64,000 nucleotides of DNA. It comes from Sandaracinaceae bacterium. GTDB lineage: Bacteria > Myxococcota_A > Polyangia > Polyangiales > Sandaracinaceae. Numbering within the stretch: position 1 is the first letter of the stretch; each line of letters begins with the position of its first letter. A program made the translations under genes and the position numbers. Shown here one piece after another: positions 7,389 to 17,114 of this stretch. The stretch covers positions 64,001 to 128,000 of the forward strand of contig JBGAQA010000002.1 in assembly GCA_044220955.1 (NCBI GenBank), in the 5' to 3' direction. The notes below the pieces were generated by a model. The model saw only the letters and a list, made by a program, of their open reading frames with translations, was not told where the DNA came from and ran no database searches.

Positions 7389-9958
7389 TCGTAGTAGCCC
7401 CGGATGCCGAGGGTCCCGAGGATCGGGAGCCCGGGGATCTGCGCGCTCCGCACGTAGTCGTACTGGTAGACCAGGCCCTCCGCGTTCGTCGCGTTGTACA
7501 CGTTGAGGATGTCGAGGAAGACCGACCCGCGGATGGTGTTCGCGATGTTGAAGTCGCGATCGATGCGGATGTTCAGCTGGTGGAAGATCGGCAGGCGCGC
7601 ACCGAGATCGCAGAACGTGCCGTCGTAGTCGTTGGCGTCGGCGTCGTAGGTCGCAGAGCAGACGCTCAGGGTCGGACGGCCGGTGACGAGCTGGAACGAG
7701 GCGCCGAGGCGCCAGCCGGAGAACTCGTAGCTCGCGACGACGCCGAGGCTGTGCGTCTGGTCGAAGTTCGACACGAACCAGTCGCCGCCGGGGTTGACCC
7801 GCTCGCTGCGCGCGAGGGTGTAGCTGATGCCGCCGTAGAAACCGTCCGCGATCGGGCGGCGGACGTAGACCTCGAGGCCGTAGGCGCGGCCCTGCTGATC
7901 GGCGGTGAAGAAGACCCGCTGCGGCTGCTGCTGCGCGTTCTCGATGATCGCCTGGTGGAAGCGCGCCATGTCCCACATGTACGTGAAGAACCCGGTGACG
8001 CGGGCCAGGATACCGAGCGGCAGGTTCATCTCGAGGCTCAGTGACTGCTGCCACGAGCGCTGCGGGCCGAGCCTCGGGTTTCCGCCCGTCCCGACCGTCT
8101 GGAACGCCTGTGGGGGCTGCGTGAAGAGGCCGGTGGACGCGATGAGCGTCACGTCGTCGGTGAAGTGCAGCCGACCGACGAGGCGCGGATCGGCCGCGAC
8201 GTCGGTGAACTGCCCGTAGCGCAGCAGATCGAGCCGTGTCCCGATGCTGATCTCGACCGGGGCGAAGTTCAGCAGCGCCTCGGCGTAGATGCCAGGCGTG
8301 CCCGACGCGACGCGCGTCCGGAGCGCGATGAGCTGCGGATCGAAGGCCGGGCGGTCGTACTCGCCGAGGCCCGTGGGCGCCGGCGCCGTGATGTCCAGGC
8401 CGAACGAGGTGCCGCTCGCATCGATGCCGAAGTTGGTGCGGAGCCAGGGCGCGAGCTGCGTCGAGACGTCGAGCCTCAGCGCGGTGATGAAGTTCTCGAA
8501 GCGGAAGACCTGCGGCACGGCGCCGGCCTGGCGATTCGAGAACCCCGTGGCGTCCCGTCCGAAGCTGCCGGAGAGCCGGACGGTCGTCTGCTCGCCGACG
8601 CGCCAGTCGAGCCGCACGATCGCGCGCTGGAATTGGTAGGTGATGTTCGTGTTCGTCCCCGACGTGGTCGTGCCGCCGCGGACGGTGCCGGAGTTGTCGA
8701 GCGCGTCGTCCGAGCCGAAGACGAAGACCGAGGCCGAGAAGTGGTCGTCGAAGCGGTACTGAAGTCGCAGCTGGTAGTCGTCGTAGCTGATCGACGGGAA
8801 CGTCTGCCCCGTGGCGGCGCCGATCGCGCCCAGGACCACCTCGTAGTAGCTGCGCCGGAACGCGAGCGCGATCACGCCGCGGTGGTCGTCGAAGGGGATG
8901 AACGCGCGCCCCTCGGCGCGCAGCGCGTCGATCTGGAGCTCGATGTGGAGCGGCGTCTCGTACGGGATGCCCGTGTCGAGGGTGACGATGCCCTGGCCGA
9001 AGCGGCCGTAGCGCACGGGGTAGTTGCCCGGATAGAGATCCTGACGCTCGACGAAGGCGCTGTTGATGACCGTGGGTCCGAGGCCGAAGTGCCAGAGGTT
9101 CGGCACCGGGAAGCCGTCGATGAAGTAGCCGGTGTTCTGGAGGTTGGCGCCTCGGAGGATGAGGAAGGGCAGGCCGAAGGGCAGCCGCGAGATGCCGGGC
9201 GTGAACTGCAGCGCACGAACGGGATCGCCGAACGTGCCGGGCACGGTGCTGAGCTCGGCGCCGGTGAAGGTCATGCGGGTGGCCGCGCCCGGCTCGGGCC
9301 GGTCGACGACGCCGGTCGCGGAGTAGCTCGCGATCTCGTCGTCCTCGAGCTCGGGCTCCGGCGCGGGTGTCGCGCTCTCGCTCTCGCCCTCGCCTTCGCT
9401 CTCGCTCTCGCTCCCGCCCTCGGTCTCGCTCCCGGTCTCGCTCCCGCCCTCGGTCTCGCTCTCGCTCCCGCCCTCGGTCCCGCTCCCGCTCTCGCTCGGC
9501 GTCTCCTCCGGCACTGCGAGCGCATACCGGAACCGGATCCGCGACGGCACGGGCGTCCCATCGCGCGTCGCCGGCTCGAAGCGCATGTCGGGTGCGCTCG
9601 CGAGCACGAGCGCGTCGATGTCCTCGCGCAGGCCCGTCCCGATCGCGGCGTCCGTGACCGCCCCGTCGGCGCCGATCGTCAGCACCAGCTCGACGCTCGA
9701 GCCCGGCGGGACCGGCTCGGCGCCCTCGGGCAGCGTGACCGGCGGGGCCTCGATCAGCCGCGGCGGAGTGCGCGAGGGACCGACCGGTGCGGCTCCGGCG
9801 TCCGGATCGCCCGGCCCGGCGTCGAGATCGCCGGTCCCCGCGTCGGCCACGGGAACACCGGCGTCGGCGTCCGCCTGCGCCGCGACGCGCGACGGCCACG
9901 CCATCGCCCACGCGAGCAGCACGCAAACCGCAGCGGGCGTCCACCGACGCAGAGTCAT
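7385..9958 (-). CDS. TonB-dependent receptor with an N-terminal TonB C-terminal domain
   Basis: Signal peptide; TonB_C (VELVLTIGADGAV..RFEPATRDGTPV); plug (PGTFGDPVRALQFTPG, IDGFPVP, PGNYPVRYG); barrel end LDILNVYN..GIRGYYE. Confidence 0.88.
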   Translation of the reverse strand: MTLRRWTPAAVCVLLAWAMAWPSRVAAQADADAGVPVADAGTGDLDAGPGDPDAGAAPVGPSRTPPRLIEAPPVTLPEGAEPVPPGSSVELVLTIGADGAVTDAAIGTGLREDIDALVLASAPDMRFEPATRDGTPVPSRIRFRYALAVPEETPSESGSGTEGGSESETEGGSETGSETEGGSESESEGEGESESATPAPEPELEDDEIASYSATGVVDRPEPGAATRMTFTGAELSTVPGTFGDPVRALQFTPGISRLPFGLPFLILRGANLQNTGYFIDGFPVPNLWHFGLGPTVINSAFVERQDLYPGNYPVRYGRFGQGIVTLDTGIPYETPLHIELQIDALRAEGRAFIPFDDHRGVIALAFRRSYYEVVLGAIGAATGQTFPSISYDDYQLRLQYRFDDHFSASVFVFGSDDALDNSGTVRGGTTTSGTNTNITYQFQRAIVRLDWRVGEQTTVRLSGSFGRDATGFSNRQAGAVPQVFRFENFITALRLDVSTQLAPWLRTNFGIDASGTSFGLDITAPAPTGLGEYDRPAFDPQLIALRTRVASGTPGIYAEALLNFAPVEISIGTRLDLLRYGQFTDVAADPRLVGRLHFTDDVTLIASTGLFTQPPQAFQTVGTGGNPRLGPQRSWQQSLSLEMNLPLGILARVTGFFTYMWDMARFHQAIIENAQQQPQRVFFTADQQGRAYGLEVYVRRPIADGFYGGISYTLARSERVNPGGDWFVSNFDQTHSLGVVASYEFSGWRLGASFQLVTGRPTLSVCSATYDADANDYDGTFCDLGARLPIFHQLNIRIDRDFNIANTIRGSVFLDILNVYNATNAEGLVYQYDYVRSAQIPGLPILGTLGIRGYYE
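9371..9497. repeat. CTCGCT/CTCGGT-rich low-complexity repeat encoding a Glu/Ser/Gly/Thr linker
   Basis: Hexamer-based repeats; the minus strand encodes SESGSGTEGGSESETEGG... Confidence 0.85.
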
Positions 9959-9992
9959 CGCCGGCCACGCCGTAGCACGGCTGGCCGTTCCG

Positions 9993-10634
9993 TCACAGCC
10001 GGAGGATCTCGTCGGCGCGCTCGACCACGTGGTCGACCCCGGCCTCCTCGAGCTCCTCGCGATCGCGAAAGCCCCAGAGCACGCCGACGCTCCGCATGCC
10101 TGCAGCACGCGCGGTGAGCACGTCGATCGCCGTGTCACCGACGAAGACGCAGTCGGCAGGCGCGATCCCCAGCGCCTCGGCCGCAGCCAGCGCGGGAGCC
10201 GGGTCCGGCTTCTTCGCCAGACCCGCGCGCTCGCCGACGACGACGCCGAAGGTCTCTCTCGCGAACAGAGCGTGGGCGATCGCACGCGCCGGGGCCTCGG
10301 GCTTGTTCGTCACGACGCCGAGCCGGTCCCCGCGCCGGGCGAGAGCGTCGAGCAGGGCCACGATCCCCGCGTAGGGCCGCGAGAGGGCGACCATGTTCCT
10401 CGCGTAGTGCGAGCGATATCGGGCGAGCGCGTCGTCCCGCAGCGCCTCGCGCCCCGGCGGGAGCGCGCGTGCGACGAGGGAGGCGGCGCCCTCCCCCACC
10501 AGGTGCCGGTACGCAGCGATCGAGTGCTCGGGCAGCCCGAGGTCGCGCAGGGCGAGGTTCATCGAGCCGCCGATGTCCGCGAGGGAGTCGACGATCGTGC
10601 CGTCCATGTCGAACAAGAACGCGCGCACCTTCAC
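9993..10634 (-). CDS. HAD-family phosphatase (phosphoglycolate phosphatase-like)
   Basis: FDMDGT, VTNK, KKPDP, FVGDTAID motifs I-IV. Confidence 0.9.
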   Translation of the reverse strand: MKVRAFLFDMDGTIVDSLADIGGSMNLALRDLGLPEHSIAAYRHLVGEGAASLVARALPPGREALRDDALARYRSHYARNMVALSRPYAGIVALLDALARRGDRLGVVTNKPEAPARAIAHALFARETFGVVVGERAGLAKKPDPAPALAAAEALGIAPADCVFVGDTAIDVLTARAAGMRSVGVLWGFRDREELEEAGVDHVVERADEILRL

Positions 10635-11752
10635 CTCGCGAACAAGCTCGCACGGTCCTTGAACGACTTGACCTCGATCGCGTTGCCGCTCGGATCACGA
10701 AGGAAGAACGTCGCCTGTTCACCGACCTGGCCGGCGAAGCGGATTCGCGGTGCGATCAGGAAGGTCGCTCCGAGCGTCTCGAGCTTCGTCGCGAGCGCGT
10801 GCCACTCGTCCCAGGGCAGCACCGCGCCGTGGTGCCGCACGGGCACGTCGTCGCCGTCGACCTCGTTGGTCGCCTCGGCGTCGAGCCGCTCCGAGACGTG
10901 GGCGCTGATCTGGTGACCGTAGAAGTCGAAGTCGATCCAGCGCTCCGCCTCGCGCCCGACCACGCAGCCGAGCACGTCCACGTAGAACCGGCGCGTGGAC
11001 TCGACGTCCTTCACCGGGAACGCGAGGTGGAACGGGACCCGCGGCGCCTCGCGAGGGCCGAGCAGCCCGTCGACGTACGCGGCGACGCTCGGCGCCCGCT
11101 CACCCTGGAAGTCGGGATAGAACCCGAGCGGGTCGATCAGCACCGCACGCATCCCCGCGGCGTGGGCGCCGGCGACGTCCACGCCCGGGATGTCACCGAG
11201 GTAGACCGACTGCGCCGCCGACTGCCCCGTCCGCGCGAGGGCGCGGCGGAACAGCTCGGGGTCGGGCTTGCGCACCCCCTCGTGGTGCGAGTCGATCACC
11301 TCCACGATGAACGGCGCGAGGCCCACCTTCTCGAAGAGGGCCGGCAGCGCCCCTTCCGAGTTCGACACGACCGAGACGTGGATGCCGGCCTCGCGGAGGC
11401 GTCCGAGCGCCGCGTGTAGCCCCTCGGGCGTGCGGCGCCAGAGGTTGAAGGCGTCGTGCGCGCGGCGCAGCGGCGCCACCATGGCGCGCGCGTGGGTCTC
11501 GCCGAGGCCCGCGGCGGCGAGCAGGGTGACGAGGTAGAGGCCCCAGCCGTCCTCGTGGGAGACGCCCTGCCGCATCAGCGCCTCGTACCGACGCTTCGCG
11601 CTGCCCTCCACCTCTCGCAGGGCGCTCGCCGACACGGGATGGCCGTGCGCCGACACGACGTCGGCCACGGCCTGGTGATCGAGGAACACGATCGTGTTCC
11701 CTGCGTCCAGGAACACCGCGCGGGGTCGGCTCACGACGGTGGGATCGCCCAC
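10631..11752 (-). CDS. HAD hydrolase fused to a C-terminal VOC/glyoxalase-like domain
   Basis: FLDAGNT, VSNS, KPDP, LGD, then PFHLAFPV..FYGHQISAH..RDPSGNAIEVK in one frame. Confidence 0.82.
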   Translation of the reverse strand: MGDPTVVSRPRAVFLDAGNTIVFLDHQAVADVVSAHGHPVSASALREVEGSAKRRYEALMRQGVSHEDGWGLYLVTLLAAAGLGETHARAMVAPLRRAHDAFNLWRRTPEGLHAALGRLREAGIHVSVVSNSEGALPALFEKVGLAPFIVEVIDSHHEGVRKPDPELFRRALARTGQSAAQSVYLGDIPGVDVAGAHAAGMRAVLIDPLGFYPDFQGERAPSVAAYVDGLLGPREAPRVPFHLAFPVKDVESTRRFYVDVLGCVVGREAERWIDFDFYGHQISAHVSERLDAEATNEVDGDDVPVRHHGAVLPWDEWHALATKLETLGATFLIAPRIRFAGQVGEQATFFLRDPSGNAIEVKSFKDRASLFAR

Positions 11753-11764
11753 GACGAGGGACGA

Positions 11765-12148
11765 TCAGAGCAGGGAGATCAGTCGCTTGGCGCGCTCCTC
11801 GGCGGCCGCGAGGATGCTCTTGGCCTCGTCCTCGGGGACGCGGACCTTCTTCACGAGCGCGTCGAGGACCTCTTTCTCCTCGTCGCTCTGGTGCCCGTCG
11901 ATGTACGTCAGGATGACGGCGTGCTGGAGCAGCGCGCGGCGGTCGGCGGCGGACAGATCGGTCACGGGGACGTCCTCGATCGAGCGCTGGGTCTTGGCGT
12001 ACTCGCGGATGGCGTCGGCGTCCTTGTCGTGGACCTCGAAGGCCGAGATGAGCGCCTCGATGACCTCGTGCTCCTCGGCCTCGACTCGACCGTCCGCCCA
12101 CGCGACAGCGACCAGCGACTTGAGCATCGCCTCTTGGTAGTCCTCCAT
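11765..12148 (-). CDS. TerB-family (tellurite resistance B-like) protein
   Basis: AVAWADGRVEAEE and YIDGHQSDEE motifs; GGAG ribosome-binding site upstream. Confidence 0.85.
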   Translation of the reverse strand: MEDYQEAMLKSLVAVAWADGRVEAEEHEVIEALISAFEVHDKDADAIREYAKTQRSIEDVPVTDLSAADRRALLQHAVILTYIDGHQSDEEKEVLDALVKKVRVPEDEAKSILAAAEERAKRLISLL

Positions 12149-12217
12149 CGTCCCTCTCCTCGGCGCGAGGCTATCACATGCGTCGATTCGGGGGATCGTG
12201 TGCGAGAGTGGGCTCCG

Positions 12218-13810
12218 GTGCGCGCCCTCCTCGCCCTCGCCGTCGTCACGCTCGCGCTCGCGGCGCCGGTGTGCGCGAGCGCCGACGACGCCGGGCTCGA
12301 CGCCGGGGTCGATGGCGGCCTCGGTGCCGACGCCGGGCTCGACGCCGGGACCGACGCGAGCGCGGCGACGGCGCTCGACGCCGGGCTCGACGCCGGCCCC
12401 GTGGCGGGCGCGGAGATCGGCCGAGGCGGCGACCCCGCGGCGAGCGTGACGCCCGCGGTGGCGGCCGAGGCGTCGAGCGCGGACGTGATCCGCACGCTGC
12501 TCGGTCTGGTCGCCCTGATCGTCCTGGCCTACGTCGGCGGCCACCCACGCATCACGAAGCTCGAGGAGCGCCTCGGCATCGCGCAGGTGATGACGAGCGG
12601 GCTGCCCTACGTCTTCCTCGGCCTTCTCGCCCAGCAGCCGGCGCTCGACGTCCTCAACGAGAGCACGCTGCGCTCGATCCTGCCCCTGCTCCAGTTCGGC
12701 CTGGGCTGGATCGGCTTCCAGACGGGCTTCTCGCTCGAGGCGGGCGCGCTCGACCGGGTCGCGCGCGGCACGGGCACGGTCGTGATCCTGCTCTCGAGCT
12801 TCCCGTTCCTGGTGATCTCGGGGGCGTCCGCGCTCTTTCTGTGGGCGGTCGGGCTCGGGCCCGATCCCGTGGCCCTCGCGCGCGACGCGTGCCTCCTCGG
12901 CCTGGCGGGAGCGCTCTCGGCGCCGACGCTGGAGCGCGTGATCGGGCAGCGCATGAGCGCGCCAGCGCTCGAGCTGGCGCGCGCGATCGCGCTGCTCGAC
13001 GACGTCCTCGGCGTGGCTGCCCTCGCATGCCTCGCGGCGTTCCTGCACGTCGGCACTGCCGCCGACGCCCGAGGCCACTGGCAGCTCCCTGGCGTCGGCT
13101 GGATCTTCGTCACGTTCGGCATGGCCGTCTCGATCGGCCTGGTGGTCTACGTGGTGCTTCGCGGCACCGACTCGGGTGGCGAGAAGACGTCGCTCTTGCT
13201 CGGATCCGTGGCGCTCACGGCGGGCCTGGCCGGCTACCTCTCCCTCTCGCCGCTCGTGATCTGCTTCTTCGCGGGCGTGCTCCTGCGCAACCTGCCCGGC
13301 GACGACAAGCCGGAGCTGGAGGGCACCTTCCGGCGGCTCGAGCGGCCGATCTACCTTCTGTTCCTCGTCATCGTGGGCGCGCTCTGGCGCATCGACGACT
13401 GGCGCGGCTGGCTGCTCCTGCCGGTGTTCGTCGGCGCGCGCCTGATCGGCCGCTACGCGGGCGCTCGGACGGCGCGGCGGCTGCCTGCGAGCGAGCGCCC
13501 GGGCGCCCTCGACGACACGGAGGATCGCGACCTGGTGGCGCCGCCGATGGGACAGCTCGCGCTCGCGTTCGTTGTGACGGCGCAGACGCTCTACGAGAGC
13601 CCCGCGGTGCAGGCGGTCGTCACGTCGGTGATCGGTGGCGCCGTGCTCGTCGAGGTCCTCGTGCAGGTCTCGAGCCGCCGTGCCCGGGCCGTGCCCGCCG
13701 CGGCGACGGACGCCGATCCAGCGGGTCCCGCGCCCGATCCCGCGCCCGATCCCGCGCCGGGTCCCGGTCCGGGCCCCGATCCCGCGCCGCCCCCGGAGCC
13801 CGGGTCGTGA
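12218..13810 (+). CDS. Cation:proton antiporter family membrane protein, subunit 1
   Basis: Many TM helices; GLGWIGFQTG, ALLDDVLG, LSLSPLVICF, ERPIY; N-terminal signal plus DAG repeats. Confidence 0.78.
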   Translation: MRALLALAVVTLALAAPVCASADDAGLDAGVDGGLGADAGLDAGTDASAATALDAGLDAGPVAGAEIGRGGDPAASVTPAVAAEASSADVIRTLLGLVALIVLAYVGGHPRITKLEERLGIAQVMTSGLPYVFLGLLAQQPALDVLNESTLRSILPLLQFGLGWIGFQTGFSLEAGALDRVARGTGTVVILLSSFPFLVISGASALFLWAVGLGPDPVALARDACLLGLAGALSAPTLERVIGQRMSAPALELARAIALLDDVLGVAALACLAAFLHVGTAADARGHWQLPGVGWIFVTFGMAVSIGLVVYVVLRGTDSGGEKTSLLLGSVALTAGLAGYLSLSPLVICFFAGVLLRNLPGDDKPELEGTFRRLERPIYLLFLVIVGALWRIDDWRGWLLLPVFVGARLIGRYAGARTARRLPASERPGALDDTEDRDLVAPPMGQLALAFVVTAQTLYESPAVQAVVTSVIGGAVLVEVLVQVSSRRARAVPAAATDADPAGPAPDPAPDPAPGPGPGPDPAPPPEPGS

Positions 13811-15177
13811 TGAGCACGATCAAGCGACTGCTGGTCATCATCACGATCTGCGGCGTCATGCAGGCCGTCGAGTCGTTCGGCGATCCCTCGTCGGACCCGC
13901 GTCGCTCGGCCTCGGCCCTCGTCGTCGGCGTCGGCTTCGTGCTCATCGCCGCGTGGTTCTCCGGACGCATCTTCGCGACGATGCGGCTGCCGAAGCTGAC
14001 GGGCTATCTCGCGATGGGGATCGTCGCCGGTCCGCTGCTCGGTCTGCTCGCGCCGTCGACGGTGAGCAACATGGGGATCGTCAACGGCATGGCGACGGCG
14101 CTCATCGCGCTGACCGGCGGCAGCGAGATGGACTTCCGCGCGATGCGCCCGCTGTTCCGGTCGATCGCCTGGATCTCGCTCATCGCCGTGGTCGGCACGG
14201 CCATCGCCCTCGCGGCCCTCGCGTTCGTGCTCGCCCCCCAGCTCACCTTCATGCACGGGCTCGCGCCGCTCGCGCGCCTCGCCGTCTCGGTGGTCGTCGG
14301 CATCGTCGTCGTGGCGCAGTCCCCGGCGGTCGTCGTGGCGATCCGCGCCGAGACGGGCGCCGACGGTCCGGTCGCGCGCACGTCCCTGGGCGTCGTCGTG
14401 CTCGCGGATCTGCTCGTGATCGTGCTCTTCGCGATCGCCAGCTCCGCCGCGGACGCCGTCCTCTCGGGGAACGCCGACTTCGACCGCACGGTCCGCGACA
14501 TGGCGTGGGAGCTCTTCGGGAGCCTCGGCATCGGGATCTCGATCGGCGCGATCCTCTCGGCGTGGCTGCGCTTCGTGGGCGAGCGCGGGCTCGATCTCTT
14601 CGTGCTGCTGGTCTGCTTCGTGACGGCCGAGGTCGGGCGACGCGTGCGCCTCGACCCGCTGCTGCTGATGCTGGCCGCCGGCATGTTCGTGGAGAACGTG
14701 AGCCGGCGGGGCGCGGTGCTGCGGCGCGCGTTCGAGGACGCGTCGCTCCCCGTCTACATCGTCTTCTTCACGGTCGCCGGCGCCAGCGTGCACCTCGGCG
14801 AGCTGCCGACGGTCGCGCTCCCCGCTGCGGCGTTCATCTTCGTGCGCGCGTTCGGTCTCTACTTCGGGACGACGCTCGCGGCACGCGTCTCGGGCGCGGA
14901 CCCGTCGGTCCGCAAGTACGGTGGCTTCGGCCTGCTCCCGCAGGCCGGCCTCGCGATCGCCCTCTCGCAGCTCTTCTCGCGCACGTTCCCGACGCTCGGC
15001 CCGAGCACCGCCGCGCTCACGCTCAGCATCGTGGCGATCAACGAGATCGTGGCGCCGGCGCTCTTCCGGCTCGCGCTCGTGCGCTCGGGCGAGGCGGCGT
15101 CCGTGCCCGCCTCGAGCGCCGGGACGCTCGAGGCGGTCGCCCACGAGGCAGACGCGCCCGACTCGCCGGCCCACTGA
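13810..15177 (+). CDS. Cation:proton antiporter family membrane protein, subunit 2
   Basis: LPKLTGYL, IALTGGSE, AQSPAVVVA, FFTVAGA, LLPQAGLAIAL, INEIVAP; TGATG overlap with the previous gene. Confidence 0.85.
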   Translation: MSTIKRLLVIITICGVMQAVESFGDPSSDPRRSASALVVGVGFVLIAAWFSGRIFATMRLPKLTGYLAMGIVAGPLLGLLAPSTVSNMGIVNGMATALIALTGGSEMDFRAMRPLFRSIAWISLIAVVGTAIALAALAFVLAPQLTFMHGLAPLARLAVSVVVGIVVVAQSPAVVVAIRAETGADGPVARTSLGVVVLADLLVIVLFAIASSAADAVLSGNADFDRTVRDMAWELFGSLGIGISIGAILSAWLRFVGERGLDLFVLLVCFVTAEVGRRVRLDPLLLMLAAGMFVENVSRRGAVLRRAFEDASLPVYIVFFTVAGASVHLGELPTVALPAAAFIFVRAFGLYFGTTLAARVSGADPSVRKYGGFGLLPQAGLAIALSQLFSRTFPTLGPSTAALTLSIVAINEIVAPALFRLALVRSGEAASVPASSAGTLEAVAHEADAPDSPAH

Positions 15178-15237
15178 CGCTCGCGGAGTGGAACCTGCGG
15201 CGCGGGGGCGCGTTCCCGCTATCCTCGACCCCGCACG

Positions 15238-15954
15238 ATGTCGTTCGCCTCGTCCTACGTCGCGTCCGTCCGCGCCTCGCTCGCGAGCCGCAAGCGCATC
15301 GCCGCGCCCGGCATCGCGCGCGTCGCCATCCCGCTCGCGACCGCCCTGTTCGGCATCGTGATCCTCGCGTACGGGCTCTCGCCTGCCGACGACGTCGACT
15401 TCCACTTCCGCGAGGAGGAGGGGATCGTCACCACGATGTCGGCGATCTCGCTGGCGATGGCGAGCGGCTTCGCGGGTGCCTGCTGGCTGATCGAGGGACG
15501 GCCTGGACACGGGCTGCGCCTCTGGTGGCTCCTGACCTGCGTGGGCTTCTTCTTCTTCGCGTGCGACGAGCTGCTCCGCTTCCACGAGCACGCCGGGACG
15601 CTCCTGCGCCACGAGGTGCTCGGCCGTCCGGAGCACCTGTTCCGCAACTGGAACGACGCGATCGTCCTGCTCTACGGCGTCGTCGCGCTCGTCGTCGTCG
15701 GGTTCTTCCTGCCGCGCGTGCTGCGGATGCCGCTGCACGTCGAGCTTCTCGGGATCGGCTTCGTCGCGTACTGCGTCCACACCGCGGTCGACCTGATGCC
15801 GCACACCGAGGGCGTGATCGGGCGCTTCATGTCGTCGATCCCGTCGAGCATCCCCGAGGAGTCGGCGAAGATGTTCGCGTCGGCGTTCTTCGCGAACGCG
15901 ATGCTCCAGGCCCTGCGGATCCTCGCGCGAGTGCCGAGCGCGGAGAAGGCCTGA
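15238..15954 (+). CDS. Multi-pass membrane protein of unknown function
   Basis: About 6 hydrophobic segments; polar motifs DELLRFHE and EESAK; 2 bp from the SGNH gene. Confidence 0.7.
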   Translation: MSFASSYVASVRASLASRKRIAAPGIARVAIPLATALFGIVILAYGLSPADDVDFHFREEEGIVTTMSAISLAMASGFAGACWLIEGRPGHGLRLWWLLTCVGFFFFACDELLRFHEHAGTLLRHEVLGRPEHLFRNWNDAIVLLYGVVALVVVGFFLPRVLRMPLHVELLGIGFVAYCVHTAVDLMPHTEGVIGRFMSSIPSSIPEESAKMFASAFFANAMLQALRILARVPSAEKA

Positions 15955-15956
15955 CG

Positions 15957-17114
15957 ATGGCGCGGCCCGCCGCGCTGAAGCGGCTCGTGCTGACGCTGAT
16001 TTCCACCGCGTTCTCGCTGGGGATCGCGGAGGCCGCCGTGCGCGTGCTCGGCGTCACGGATCCGGTGTTTCGCGACTCGGACCCGGTGCTCGGGTGGGTC
16101 CCCGCGCCAGGCGCGCACGGCTGGTGGACGCGCGAGGGGCGAGGCTACGTCGCGATCACCGACCACGGGTTTCGCGGGGTGGACCTGCCGCCGGGACGCG
16201 CGCCGAGTGGAACGCTGCGCATCGCGCTCGTCGGCGACAGCTACGTCGAGGCCCGACAGGTCGCGCTCGAGGACTCGATCGGCGCGCGCCTGCCGCGCGA
16301 GCTGGAGAGCTGCGCGCCCGGGCCGGTCGAGGTGCTGGCGTTCGGGGTCAGCGGCTACGGCACCGCGCAGGAGTACCTGCTCTTTCGCGAGCGCATCGCG
16401 CGGTACCACCCGGACGTCGTGCTGCTCGCGTTCCTCACGGGCAACGACGTCGCCGACAACCAGCCCGACGTACGCATGAACGACGACCCGAGCCCGTACT
16501 TCTCGCTCGGCCCGGGCGGCGCGCTCGTGCTCGACACGAGCTTCGCCGAGACGGAGGAGTACCGGACGCGCGCGAGCGACGCCGGCTGGCTCTGGTTCCG
16601 GCGGCACTCGCAGCTCGTGCGCGCTCTCTACGGCATCGGCGGCCACGGCAACGGCGCCGCGCGCGGGGAGCTGGGCTTGTCCGACGAGGTGTACTCACCG
16701 CCGGTGACGCCGGGATGGCAGGACGCGTGGGCGCGCACCGAGGCGATCCTCGCGCACTACGCGCGCGACGTGGAGCGCGAGGGAGGCCGCTTCGCGGTCG
16801 TCACGTTGTCCAACGCCATCCAGGTGGACCCCGAGCCAGACGCGCGGGAGCGCTATCGCGTTGCCATCCACGCGGACGACCTCGACTACCCGGACCATCG
16901 CGTCGCGGAGGCGGGCGCGCGCGACGGCTATCCGGTGCTCAACCTCGCGCCGGCGCTGCGCGCGTACGCGGAGACGCACCACGAGTGGGTGCATGGCTTC
17001 CCCAACACGACGATGGGCACGGGCCACTGGAACGAGACCGGCCACCGCGTCGGCGCCGAGGAGACGGCGCGCTGGCTCTGCGCTCGGGGCCTGGCGGCTC
17101 ACCAGAGCGAGTAG
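15957..17114 (+). CDS. Membrane-anchored SGNH/GDSL-family protein (AlgX/AlgJ/DltD/SxtL-like)
   Basis: N-terminal TM anchor; blocks VGDSY, GVSGYG, TGND, GHWNETGH. Confidence 0.85.
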   Translation: MARPAALKRLVLTLISTAFSLGIAEAAVRVLGVTDPVFRDSDPVLGWVPAPGAHGWWTREGRGYVAITDHGFRGVDLPPGRAPSGTLRIALVGDSYVEARQVALEDSIGARLPRELESCAPGPVEVLAFGVSGYGTAQEYLLFRERIARYHPDVVLLAFLTGNDVADNQPDVRMNDDPSPYFSLGPGGALVLDTSFAETEEYRTRASDAGWLWFRRHSQLVRALYGIGGHGNGAARGELGLSDEVYSPPVTPGWQDAWARTEAILAHYARDVEREGGRFAVVTLSNAIQVDPEPDARERYRVAIHADDLDYPDHRVAEAGARDGYPVLNLAPALRAYAETHHEWVHGFPNTTMGTGHWNETGHRVGAEETARWLCARGLAAHQSE

